The position numbers and the translations under genes were made by a program. A stretch of 64,000 nt of DNA from the human T2T-CHM13v2.0 reference genome, Homo sapiens. Under the pieces are notes generated by a model that did no database searches, was not told the origin of the DNA, and was given only the letters and a program-made list of their open reading frames with translations. Below, piece by piece: positions 1 to 13,920 of this stretch. Each line of letters starts with the position of its first letter. Position 1 is the first letter of the stretch. The stretch lies in NCBI RefSeq assembly GCF_009914755.1, contig NC_060928.1; one strand, given 5' to 3'.

Positions 1-589
1 ATAAAATTGGCCTGAATCCTTAAAATTGTATTACTTTAACATTTCTTATTTATTAAATTTTGAATGTTGTAGGTGGGAAAAGAAAATATTAGGCATGCAC
101 AATATATGTGTCTTTAAGATCTTGAAAATAACTGGTTTAGTTTTGTTCTTTAATGAGATCATAGCTTTTTTTTTTAGATTTTTCTCAGTTTTAGGTTGCA
201 TAGCCAAGCACACTTGTCATTTTTTATTTTAATCCTGAGAAAGAAATGTTAATCTAAGTGTCTATCTCCAGCAATGAACTTTTAGGGCATCTGTCTGGGA
301 AGAGATTATTATTAACACAACATTACAAGAATGCTGGCTGAACTGTTGTTGGTTCTTTTTTTCTTCTCCTCTTGTTAAATATGTTTGAAAATAGATCTTG
401 AGTGGAAAATCTCTGTGCATGCAAAAGCATTATCAAAGCTTAGGATGTTGGTGATAACACCAGAGGAAAGACAAATAATAAAATAAATCTGTCCTGTGAT
501 ATTAATTCTTCTTTTTGGAAAGCACAGCTCTGGGATTCTTATTGTGCATTACAGTCAAAGATAACAAATGGAATTTGGAGACAATACAC

Positions 590-1255
<666 letters not shown>

Positions 1256-1395
1256 TAAAACTGGCATAATTCAATGACCCCAGAATTAGTAAGACTTTCA
1301 TGAAATAATGGATGTAAAGTGTTTATAACAATGTCTAAAAAAGACATTCTCAACAAATGTTTACTGCTATTAATGTTATTATTAATAATAGTATT

Positions 1396-1669
1396 GGCCG
1401 GGTGCTGCAGCTCATGCCTGTAATCCCAACATTTTGGAAGGCCAAGGCAGGAGGATCACTTGAACACAGGAGTTTGAGACCAGCCTGGACATCATGGCGA
1501 AATCTCGTCTCTATCAAAAAATACAAAAATTTGCTGGGCATGCATCTGTGATCCCAGCTACTCAGGAGGCCGAAGTGGACTTGAGCCAGGCAGAAGTTTC
1601 AGTGAGCCATGATCATGCCACTGCACCACTGCACTCCAGCCTGGGTGACAGAGCCAGATCCTGTCTCAA

Positions 1670-1687
<18 letters not shown>
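1396..1687 (+). mobile_element. AluJ-like SINE
   Basis: GGCCGGG start, J-type GAGGATCACTTGA and GAGCCATGATCATGCC, poly(A) tail. Confidence 0.9.

Positions 1688-1719
<32 letters not shown>
1687..1719. repeat. (AT)n microsatellite in Alu tail
   Basis: About 16 uninterrupted AT units. Confidence 0.95.
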
Positions 1720-1723
<4 letters not shown>

Positions 1724-1862
1724 CACACATAGGCTTTCTTTTCCACAAGAAACTCATTCATAAAAAGCAGTTAAATTGAGTTACTAATCATTGAGTAAGG
1801 AGTCTTGTCAGGAGGACTGCTTAAAGTTCTGAGGCTAAGCTCAGCCTTTAGAAAGTGCTCAC

Positions 1863-1978
1863 TGTAGATGATTTAAGATTAAGAATACAGTTTAAAGAAG
1901 ATCAGTAAATGAGATTATAATGTAGATGATTTAAGATTAAGAATACAGCTTAAAGAAGATCAATAAATGAGATTATAA
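1863..1978. repeat. 58-bp tandem duplication, 2 copies
   Basis: 1863-1920 and 1921-1978 differ at only 2 positions. Confidence 0.95.
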
Positions 1979-2050
1979 GTGACTTAAAATAAATTTGCCC
2001 CAAATTTCCAAGGATACAACATTTATAACATTTATATAAACTGGAATTAT

Positions 2051-2367
<317 letters not shown>

Positions 2368-4904
2368 CTGGAATGATAAGGCATTGACTGGAAGACCCTA
2401 CCCAATGTTAGGAAGAGGTCATGAGATCAGAAGTAGAAGTCAACAGAGACTTTTAAAAAATAATTAATGATATATTTCTTAGATTATAAAACAAAAAAAG
2501 ACTAGAACAAACATGACAAAATTTTAACAATGATTAACTCAGAGTTTTGGGCATTGTTTTCTGTGTTCTAAATTTGTGAAGATAAATTTTTCTAGGTCTT
2601 AACATTTTAAAAGAAGAAAAGTCCAGCACTCAGGTATGTTCAAGTCCCAAGAAAATACAATGGTGTCCAGAGAATGCTCTTGAGACAGTGGCAAAGATCA
2701 GAGCATTTGGGTAGACAGGGTTCAGACAGAATGGCAGGCTGTTCCCACGGGGAAAAGGAGGATTGTGTGTTCTCAAAACTTGCTTGCTCCCGGCAGCTGG
2801 CTAAATCTGCTCAAGGGCCAGGCCCTTGGGTATCATTGGCAGAATCATTTTAAATACACCCATCATTAGAGAACCAGTTCACAGAGGTGACAACATAAGG
2901 GGAATCATCTCTCCCTGCTCTCATGTTCTGCATCTCTTCAAATAGAAGAGGTCAGCTTCAGGTCCCTTGGATGACAGCCTCACCGCTTCACAGATATAAG
3001 TTGCATTCCTGAATGCTGAGGAAAAAATAAAGCGTCCATCTGCCTCGTGTAGCCCTAGCCTTTTCTCTGAGGAGTTTTCTTTGGATGGTACCTAGCCCCA
3101 TGCATTGGCTTGAATTTGACATAAACAAGGTAAGGAAATATTGTCTAAGAAAAAACTAATATCACATAGCAGGCCAAGTATATTGCGTGTATTTCCTTTC
3201 CCAAGGATTCCAATGTGCTTCTTAACTGGTATATTATTTCCCATCATTTTAGCAATTAAAATTCATATATTCAAACTTTTATTTTCTAGCAATGAATGTA
3301 GGCTCTGTGCTATGACAAAACACAACCATGTTTTATTTATTTCTCATTTCGGAGTTGAATTAGTTGATTTGTAGTAATCGCTTCAATAAAGTGGCTCTAG
3401 GCCACCTGTCATTTTTTTCTGTTGCCTTCCTAGGGATTTGGAAATCTGTATGATAAGCCATCCTTAGTTTTATCAGCAGTTTACTGGGACTCACCATCAA
3501 AGGCCTCTACCTACTTCCCTTATACATGAGGGAGGACTGATAGATATTTCTTTTCAGCGCATGAACAAAGCCTTTCTTTTGTGCATTGCTTAAGGAAATT
3601 CAATGTATAAAACAGTCTACTCAAAATATAGACTTAACAGCAATTGTTTATATTTTCTTGAGGAATTCAAGGGTAAAAATCTTAAATAGGTAAATAGGTC
3701 TTGATTGATTGATAAATAGATGATAGTTACATAAATGATAGACATGGATTCATATATATACAGATGATAGATGACAGAAAGATGATAGAATCAAGCTTCT
3801 CTATTAAATAGAGAATCATATAAATTCTCTATTTATATGATTTATAAAATCTGTTTGACAGATTTGTTCTGTAAAAACATCTATTTCATAAAACAACAGA
3901 GATGTGTACCAAATATGTCTTCTGCAGTAGCCACTTTTGTCTCCTCAGCAGGGAGCATTCCTACAGACAACCAATACTTTATCTCAGGGATAACCTTTTA
4001 GGAATATTAACAAGTTAGGACATGATGTTTCAATAAAGATAATTAACACCTCCCCTCAACTCTGAAATTATTCTTTAGAAGCTGAAAAAGACACGATATT
4101 GTGTGAACTGACAAAATTTAATACCAAAATAATGCTGATTTGTTCAGGAAGATTTGACTTTATTAAAACTGGTTTTATTATTGGTTTTTCCCACACTCAT
4201 ATAGTATTTTAAATTGGCCGAAATATTGTAATACTCAGACAGATCCTAATCACCTTAGAACTTTCCCCTTTCCTAGTGCCAAATATAATACATGATCCCA
4301 AAACTCCTACACAATATGATTATTTTTACGCTTCACCCATCTATACATTATAAAATAAGATTGCTGTGCAGATTCTCTTCCAGCTTATTAATTCCTTATC
4401 TTGTATTTTTGCTGATTGCTTTTCAATGACAAGGAAAGTGCCAAATGCCTTCCAAACATACTTCTCTGAGAATATTTTGACCATTTCCCATCAGTTTATC
4501 AAATTCATCCTCCATTTTCCAATGAAGAGATTGATACTGAAAGAAGGTTCCTCTTATTAACATTTTCCACATTACAGTCTCACGAAGAGATTGCATTGAC
4601 AGTGATGTATAAAGGAAGGCAGGAAACTAAAGAAGCAAAGCATTGGAAGGCAGAGAGATCAGAAAGGAGGCTCCCCTGGTCTCATAAGTTTTCAAATGTG
4701 CAAATATAAAATGAGCACAGTAATATATGAGATACCATTTAAAAAATTCAGAGGGTAAAATAACAAATCCCCTGTAATCAGAGAAAAAACTAACTGGGGT
4801 TAAAGCAGCACCAACATGGCAAAACATGTATTATCAAGCAAAGTCGGTTCAGTTCTCAAACTTGCAGGATATCCAAAATCAGTTTGCTCATCTTTTGTAC
4901 ATTT

Positions 4905-4985
4905 GTTTTTGTTCATTCATCATTCATTCATTCATTTGAACATTTGTTGAAAGTTTACTAAGTACAAATCCATGTCCTGAGAAAT
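4905..4985 (-). mobile_element. L2 3' end relic
   Basis: (TTCA)n followed by AACATTTGTTGAAAGTTTACTAAGTAC. Confidence 0.55.
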
Positions 4986-6674
4986 GTGAGAAATATTAAT
5001 AAAGGAAGACATTTTTCTGCATTAGTCTCATCACTGCAAAATTGAGAATGAATTTGGTGAGCTGGTGGGTACTGTTTACCTTAGCTACTCTGAAAGTCTA
5101 TCTATGAAGTAAAGAAGACTTTAATCACGTAAAGAAGATTTTGATCCTTGCTGACACTGAAGATAGTTAATCACCAGCACTCTCTGGCAAAATGTCAGAT
5201 AATATAAAATGGCCTCAAAGGAAAAAGTTCGGGGATATGTTGTCTGTCAAATTGTATCACTGTGTAATGACCTGCTCTGTTTGTAATCAGGGTATGTGCT
5301 GTTGTGTTTGGCTAAAACGTTTATTTTGAAGTTTCTATCTTTCCAAAGCACATTTATAGGGAACCCAAGGTAGGGGATTCTGGTCTTCTATGGAATGGAG
5401 AAATAAAGGCTTTCTATGAGATTTGAAGTCAATTGTGAAATAAGTGAGACTTTTGGATGCTGTCATAACTTGAGTCTTTCCAGCATCACCAAGGAAAGGT
5501 GAGGTTTGTTCCTTCCTATTGATTTTGGGGAAACAGGATCCAGCTATTTACCAGGATGTCCTGGGCACAGTTTTCCAAGAGGCAGAGGTCTGGACTTGAT
5601 GAAGTCTGGAGGTCCTTCCTGATTCTATGAACAGATGCCATGAACTAAAACTTGTTATCCTATTCCAAGCCAAGAAATTAAATATTTATAGTTTCGTTTT
5701 TCATCTAATGATCTTGTTTCCTTTTATATTTAATTCCAGCAGTTGGCTTGAGAAAGCCTAAAGGTTCTATTCAAAATTTTATGAATCCCTAGGCCCACCA
5801 GATTGTTAATTGGATGGTGTATTACTATAAAGGAAGTGAGAAATGCCTAGCATAATTGTATAACGTTTGTTTTCTCTGCGCTGTGGGAATTCTCGGGGGT
5901 TTCATTAGCAGATGGTTACTGAAAGCCAGAATCCTGGAGTCTGGACTGGTGAATAGCATTCTTCTTAATTATTCAGTAACTAGCCTGCACAGGTCAGGTC
6001 TAAAGCACAGATACTAAATTCAGAGCACTCTGGACAATAAATTTCCTTATCTTGAATTACGATTTTATTCTCTTCAATTAAGCAGTGCTAGGGGTACCTA
6101 ACACTAATTCATCAAAGACATTGGATGTCTTATTTACACGTGAGTCACCATTATATGAGATTTATAGACTAGATATCCTTTAAAAGCTGTCTAGTTTCCA
6201 TTTATATACTTAACTTGGTAAACAAGCTAAGTAGCTAAATGAAGGCACTTCTCCAAAAATGACTTGTAGAGAAAAATTCTTCCTCCAGGGCTATGACAAC
6301 TAAGTAATAAGAAAAAACACGTAAATGGTATCATGATAAACTTCTTGGTAATATACCAAACCCTGGGGTTCATCTAAACTGATGAGTTTGCTTGATCTAT
6401 CCCTATCAGATCAAGATTGTTATGTCCCTGGTCACATTCTAATTCTGACTCATGACAACTAAGCAAAGGATATAATAATTATGTAAATAATATTGCCATG
6501 TGTTGGGCAGGGAAATTTGGTGATAGCTATATAAGAGTTCATTATTCTACTTTTTTATTTTAGATTTTCAATTTCCTGAAATAGAATGCATTTAAAATTT
6601 ATAAGAGTTGTGTCCTGATTCTATTGAATAAAAAATAAGTGTGGTAAAAGTTAGTAAATATTTGTAGATGTTGA

Positions 6675-7180
<506 letters not shown>

Positions 7181-7447
7181 AATTTTATCCAGGTTAACCT
7201 GATTGCACCAACTCTCCTGCTTAATTCAAAGGAGCAGCCAGCTTCACAATGCATCCTCACGTTGTTTCTCCTTTCTCCCTATCCTCAATCCTTTTGTTCC
7301 CACACATATTCTTTGAGATTAAATCTCTAACAAAGAACAGTACAGAAGTTTTACCACAAGCACTTCAGATTTTGTTGACAGCATTGACGGAAATTCAATA
7401 CAGATGGAGATAACAAAGATAATATTATGTTTAAAAATTCATAATTC

Positions 7448-7652
7448 TTTTTCTTCAGCTTTATTGAGAAATAATTGACACAATATGTATGTACTTAAAG
7501 TGTACAGCTGGATGTTTTGATACATGTTATGCGTTGTGAAGTTATCACCAAAACCAAGCTAATGAACACATCCATTAGCTCACATAGTTCACTTTTCTTT
7601 ATGTTTTTTTGTTTTGTGGTAAGAACACTTAAAATATACCCTCTTGGCAAAA
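7448..7652 (-). mobile_element. L1MA/L1MB 3' end fragment
   Basis: CAGCTTTATTGAGAAATAATTGAC...GTAAGAACACTTAAAATATACCCTCTT typical of L1M 3' UTRs. Confidence 0.8.
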
Positions 7653-7799
7653 ATATTTCCTTATTGATATTTTTAGTGGATACCTTGACAGTTGGTATAC
7701 TTTGTCACCCAGATAAAGAAAGAGACACAGCAAATGTGGAAAAAAATGATTGAGTTTTATTGGGGAAGAAAGATGTTTCTAAGTTATCCTATATGGTAT

Positions 7800-8242
7800 T
7801 GCTATAGCTTGAATATTTATCACCTCCAAAACTGTTGAAATTTGATGCCCAATGTGGCAATATTGAGAGGTGGGACTTGTAAGAGGTGATTGGTCATGAG
7901 GGCTCTGTTGCCATGAATGGATTAGTCCATTGATCAATTAGTAGATTAATGAATTAATGAGTTAATAAGTTAACGGGTCATTAAGAGACTGGGACTGGAG
8001 CTTTATAAGAGGAGGAAGAGAGACCTGAGTGAGCATACCCAGCCCCGTTGCCAGGTGATGCCCTGCACTACCTCAGGACTCGACAAAGTCCCCACCAGCA
8101 AGAAAGCTCTCACCAGATATGGTTATGGTTCCTTGACCTTAGACTTCTCAGGCTCCATAATTGTAAGAAATAAATTTATTTTTTAAATAAATCACCCCAT
8201 TTCAGGTATTCTGTTATAAGTAACAGCAAACAGACTAAGACA
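7800..8242 (+). mobile_element. MST-family MaLR solo LTR
   Basis: TGCTATAG...GACTAAGACA termini, AATAAA, CAGGTATTCTGTTATAAG end motif. Confidence 0.85.
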
Positions 8243-8274
8243 AGTAGGTAAATCATTATGAAGAGAACTATCTA

Positions 8275-9368
8275 GTAGTATTTTTCAAAACATTGTCCTG
8301 AACATATACCAAGGTAGATCGCATTCTGGGCCATAAAACATACCTTAATAAGTTTAAAATAATAGAAATCATACAATGTATGCCCTCAGGCCGCAGTGGA
8401 ATTAAACTAGAAACCGATGACAGAAAAAGAGCTGAAAAATCCCAAAATATTTGGATAGTCAACAATACATTTCTAAATAATACATAGGTCAAAGAACAAA
8501 TATCGAGAGAAATAAAAAAGAATATTTTAAGCTAAATAAAACTGAAAATACTACCTATCAAAATCTGTGAGATGCAGCAAAAGTAGTGCTCATAGAAAAA
8601 TGTATAGCGTTAAATAGATATATTAGAAGAGAGATCTAAAATCAATTATCTAAGCTGCCAGATTAAGAAGCTAGAAAAAGAAAAGTAAATTAAATTCAAA
8701 GTTAGCAGAAAAAGAAATAATAGAAATTGGAGCAGAAACCCGTGAAATTGAAAACAAGAAATCAATACAGAACTCAAAAGAATCAAAATCTGGTTCTTTA
8801 AAGAAGATCAATAAAAAGTATAAGTCTTTAGGTAGGCTAACTAAGAAAAAAAAGCGATACAAATTAATAATATCAGAAAAGAAAAAGGGGGGCATCACTG
8901 CACTGCAGAGCCCATGGATATTAAAAGAACAATAAAATAATACTATACAAAACTTCATGCCCATAGATCCGTTAACCTAGACGAAATAAATCAATTCCTT
9001 GAAATGCAGTCTGCTAAAACTCATACAAGAAGAAACAGATAATATAGAGCCCAATATCTATTAAAGAAATTGAAACAACAATTAATAATCTTCCAAAACA
9101 GAAAGCATCAGACCTAGATGAGTTCACTGGCGATTCTACCAAACATTTAAGGAGGAAATTATGCCAATTTTCTACCATGTCTTTCAGAAGACAGAATTAG
9201 AGAGAATACTTCCTAACTCATTTAGTGATTCCAGCATTACCATAATACCATAACCAGACAATGCCATTACAAGAAAACTAGACTGGTATTTGTCATGAAC
9301 ATAAATGCAAAAACCCTCTGACAAAATACTTAAAAAATCATATCCAACAGTGTATATAAAGAATTATA
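8275..9368 (+). mobile_element. Old L1M ORF2 (end of endonuclease to start of RT), host piece 1
   Basis: CTGGGCCATAAAACA, GGAATTAAACTAGAAA, TTCTACCAAACATTTAAGGA motifs; reading frame disrupted. Confidence 0.9.
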
Positions 9369-9760
9369 TGTTCGTTGGCTCCATGTATGTCTTCTTTTGA
9401 GAAGTGTCTGTTCATGTCCTTTGCCCACCTTTTAATGGGTTGTTTTTTTTTCTTTTAAATTTGTTAAGTTCCTTATAGATGCTGGATTTTAGACCTTTCT
9501 CAGATGCACAGATTGCAAAAATTTTCTCCCATTCTGTAGGTTGTCTGTTTGCTCTGTTAGTTTCTTTGGCTGTGCAGAAGCTCTTTAGTATGATTAGATC
9601 CCATTTGTCCATGTTTGCTTTTGTTGCAATTGCTTTTGGTGTCTTCATCATGAAATCTTTGCCAATGCCTATGTCCTGCATAGTACTGCCTAGGTTTTCT
9701 TCTAGGATTTTTAGGTTTTGGGTTTTACATTTAAGTCTGTAATCCATCTTGAGTTGATTT
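9369..9760 (-). mobile_element. Inverted 5' segment of an old L1PA insertion
   Basis: Minus-strand ORF 9412-9747 encodes ORF2p-like [18 protein letters not shown]. Confidence 0.9.
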
Positions 9761-9795
9761 CATCAAATTTAATAAAATTATGAAATTATTAACTT

Positions 9796-10590
9796 CATAA
9801 TTAGAGAAATGCAAATCAAAACCACAGTGAGATATCATCTAACACCAGTTAGAATGGCTACTACTAAAAAGTCAAAAAATAACAGATGCTGGCGAGATTG
9901 TGGAGAAAAAGGAATACTTTTACACTGTTGGCAAGAGTATAAATTAGTTCAATCATTATGGAAGACAGTGTGGCAATTCCTTAATGACTTAGAGGAAGAA
10001 ATACAATTTGACCCAGCTATCCCATTGCTGGGTGTATACCCAAAGGAGTATACATCTTTCTATTATAAAGACACATGCATGTGTATGTTAATTGTAGCAC
10101 TATTCACAATAGCAAAGACATGGAATCAACCTAAATGTCCATCAACGATAGACTGGATAAAGAAAATGTGGTACATAAACACCATGAAATACTATGCAGC
10201 CATAAAAAGGAATAAGATCATGTCCTTGGCAGGGACATGGATGGGGCTGGAGGCTATTATCCTTAGCAAACTAATGCAAGAACAGAAACCAAATACCATA
10301 TGTTCTCACTCATAAGTGGGAGCTAAATGACGAGAACACATGGACATGGGGAGGGGGGAACAACACACACACACTGGGGCCTGTTGGAGGGGAGGAAGTG
10401 GTAGGAGGAATAGGATCAGGAAGAATATCTAGTAGATGCCAGGCTTAATACCTGGGTGATCTGTGCAGCAAACCATCAAGGCACATGTTTACCTATGTAA
10501 CAAAAGTGCACATCTGTACATTTAACCTTGAATATAATATAAAAGTTGGAATTTTTATAAAAAAGCCAATTTAAATAAAAAACTGTAACT
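9796..10590 (+). mobile_element. Old L1PA (about PA13-16) 3' end
   Basis: ORF 9809-10315 is the ORF2p C-terminal region ([17 protein letters not shown]...HCW), followed by an L1PA 3' UTR and A-rich tail. Confidence 0.9.
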
Positions 10591-10594
10591 ACTA

Positions 10595-12078
10595 AAAAAC
10601 ATTATACACCATAAACCAGGTATCCAAGGCCAATTCAACCTTTGAAAATCACATGTTCCATCACCTCAACAGGCTAAAGAATAAAAATCCATCCATCAAT
10701 AGGCTAAAGAAGAAAAACAGATGATTGTATCAATAGACGTAGAAAAAACCTTTGACTAAACCCCTCAAAAAAATTCATGATAAAAACTCTCAGTAAACTA
10801 GGGATACACCAGGACTCACTCATCTGTGTAAAAAACATCTAAAAGAAATTTTAGCTAGCATCATAGTTAATGGTGAGAAAATCAAAGCTTTCTCACTAAG
10901 ATCAGGAACAAGGCATGGATGTTCCCACTCACTTCTCCTTTGTAACATCTCACTGGAAGTCCCAGCTAATGCAACAAAATAATAAAGAAAATAAAACATA
11001 TGTAGATTGGGAAAAAAGAAATAAAACTGTCTTTGCAGATGATATGATTATCTGCGCAGAAAATCTGAAAGGATCAACAACAACAACAAAAAACTGGAAT
11101 AAGAGATTATAGGAAATTTGCCAGATACAAGGTTAATATACAATAGTTCATTGCTTTCCTATATACCAGCAATGAACAAGTGGAATTAAAATTTAAAAAA
11201 TGCAGTACCATTTACATTCGCACCCCCCAAAATGAAATATATGTGTACATTTAAAAAAATATGTACAACCTCTATCTGGTAACCTACAAAAGCCTACTGA
11301 AAAAAATCAAAGAAGAACTAAATAAATGGATAGAAAAAAAATATTGTCAAGATGTCAGTTCTTTCCAACTTAATCTATAATTGAGCACAATCCCAATCAA
11401 AATTCAAGCAAGTTATTTTGTGCAGATATGGACAAACTTATTCTAAAGTTTATATGGAGATGCAAAAGATGCAGAATAGCCTACATAATATTAAAAGAGA
11501 AGAACAAAGTTGGAGGCTGACAATACCTGATTTCAAGACTTACTCCAAAAAGTACTCAAGACGCTGTGGTATTGGTGAGAGAGTAGACAAATCAATCAAA
11601 TAAAATAGAGCGTCCAGAAAAGACCTACATAATTATAGTCAACTGACATTTTATAAAGGAGCAAAGGAAATACAGTGGGGAAAAGATCGTCTTTTCACAA
11701 ATGGTGCTGGAGCAACTGGACATCCACGTGCCTAAAAATGTATCTAGACACAGATTATTCAAAATATAATTCAAAAAATATCATTAATCTAAATACAAGA
11801 TGCACAATTACAACCTTTTAGGAGATAACATAAGAGATGACCTGGGCATAGTGATGACTTTTTAGAACAACAAAAGCGCACAATCCATGAAAAGAAAAAT
11901 ATTGATAAGCTGTATTTCATCACAATTAAAATTAATACCCTGTGAAAGACACTGTCATCAGAATGAGAAGACAAGCCACAGAATAGGAGAAACTGTTTGC
12001 AAAAGGTATGTCTGATAAAGAACTGTTACAGAATACATAAAGAAAATCTTAAAACTCTATGATAAAATGAACAGCCCA
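10595..12078 (+). mobile_element. Old L1M ORF2 (RT and downstream), host piece 2
   Basis: FADDMI RT motif in ORF 10915-11112; continues piece 1 at ATTATACACCAT. Confidence 0.9.
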
Positions 12079-13830
12079 AGGAAATCCTGTCATTTATAAC
12101 AATGTAGATGAAACTGGAGGACATTACGTTAAGTTAAATAAGGCAGATACCAAAAGATAAATAACCCCATCATACCCCATGATCTCACTCATGCTGGCTG
12201 CAGCAGGGAGGCGCTGCTGGGGCCACACACTCCATGGAGCCGGTGGGAGCCCTGCCCCTTCTGAGTTAAGGTAGGAGCTCCTTGAGTGCTGCTGCAGCCG
12301 ACCCAGGCCTCCAGCTCCATGGACCAGGCAGAAGCCCCACCCTCCTGGGCGGGGCTGTAGCTGCCCAAACTGCGGCTGTGGATCCCAGCCTCCCTGTGCT
12401 CTTGGGGAGGGTGGGCTCAGGCAGGATATCCGCCCTCCCAGGTGTAGCTGCAGCCCCTGGACCCGGCGGCTGAAGACCCCGGCCTCCCACTCCACAGAGC
12501 AGGCAGGCAGGAGCTGGGGACAAGCTGGAGCCCCGCTCCTTCTGAGTTGGCAGGGCAGGAGCTCCCCTGGTGCAGCTGCGGTTGCCCTCCCAGGTGCAGG
12601 ACCTGGGCTGCTCTGCAGCCTGCACCCTCAAGGGGCGGGGAAGGGCAACCCACTGTCCCTTCAGGCTCTGAGGTGTCTGCTCCTGCTGCCTGGCCTCTCT
12701 CCACTCCCAGGGCCTCTCCATCCCAGAGCGGGGTCTAAGGGCACACACCAAGCCCTGGGGCCATGAATGGCAGTGGGAAGCAGGCAGATTCCTGGGCAGA
12801 AGAGGGTGGGTCCCTAGTACGGCCCAACCTTCAGGCCAGGGAGGGCCTGAAGGCTGGGGGCTGGGCCATCAGTCCTAGAGACTGGAGTAGGGATTCATAG
12901 ACCCTCTTGCAGCCCACCAATGGCCGCCAATGGACAAATCCACAGGCACTTCCTCCCCTCGGAAGTCCATGAAAGCCTGGACCAGCCAGACCAGAGGAGG
13001 ACAGCCAGAGCAGGGCAGGGGACAGAGAGAATAAAGAGATGACTGATGGTATGAGAGGAGGAGCTGCAGAGAGGAGCTACCCTCTCCTCTCTGCTGATAG
13101 CAGCAGACAACGGGACTACCAACAGCACAGAGGAGCCACCCTCTCTGCTGAGAGCTTCAGAGACCTGCAGAGATATCCAACCAACCTGCCTACAGAAAGA
13201 AGCCACTCTCTCCAGGGCCTCCTCCTCTTATGAGCGCTGAGCACTCAATGGGACGACCTGCCTGTAGAGAGGAGCTACCCACTGCAGTCTCCTCTGAGCT
13301 GTTTTAACACTAAATAAAGCTCCTTTTCGTCTTCTTCACCCTTCACTTGTCTACACGCCTCATTCTCCCTGGACGCAGGACAAGAACTCAGGCAAAGGTG
13401 CCACCAGCCACAGAGGTTTCCAGGAAGCAAACTGACACCCCAAAGATCCCGGAACAACATGTTAAATCTAAAGAGTCAAACTCATGAAAACAGATTAGAA
13501 TAGTGGTTGTCAGAGGCAGGGTGGGGGAAAAATAGGGGGATTTTGGTCAAAGGGTACAAACCCAGTTATAAGATGAATGTCCTGGAGATCAAATGTATAG
13601 CATGGCAACTATAGTTGAAAATAATGTGTTGTATACTTAAAATTTGCAAAGAGAGTAGATCTTAAGTGTGCTCACCACACACAAGAAATACTAACTAGCT
13701 GAGGAGATCAATCTGTTAATTAGCTTTATTGTGTTAATCACTTCACAATGTGTACATATATCAGAATGCCTTAAATATGCCTTATGCCTTAAATATGTAC
13801 TATTTGTAATTTTATCACAATAAAACTAGG
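12079..13830 (+). mobile_element. L1MA/L1MB 3' end split by MER52 (12079-12188 and 13457-13830)
   Basis: GGAAATCCTGTCATTT...CATGATCTCACT joins ACATGTTAAATCTAAAGAGTCAAACTC; L1M 3' UTR follows. Confidence 0.8.
12189..13456 (+). mobile_element. MER52-family ERV1 solo LTR
   Basis: GC-rich internally repeated GGAGCCCTGCCCCTTCTGAGTT units, AATAAA near 13313, end GACACCCCAAAGATCCCGGAACA; extreme 5' end appears missing. Confidence 0.85.
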
Positions 13831-13834
13831 GAAA

Positions 13835-13920
13835 TTTTTTCAAAATCTGCAGAAGACCTGAATAGACATGTCAGCAAAGAAGATGTACGCATGGCCAATG
13901 AGCATATAAAAAGATGCTTC
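13835..13920 (+). mobile_element. Old L1M ORF2, host piece 3
   Basis: GAAGACCTGAATAGACAT...GAAGATGTACGCATGGCCAATGAGCATATAAAAAGATGCT continues piece 2. Confidence 0.7.

Noticed and set aside
5585-5632. Possible MIR3 3' end
   Set aside because: Too short and degenerate to call with confidence
9809-10315. Longest ORF (168 aa) with Cys/His motif
   Set aside because: C-terminal remnant of L1 ORF2p in a truncated, rearranged copy
12124-13460. Cluster of overlapping ORFs on both strands that might suggest a CpG-island gene
   Set aside because: All fall in the GC-rich MER52 LTR, where stop codons are rare
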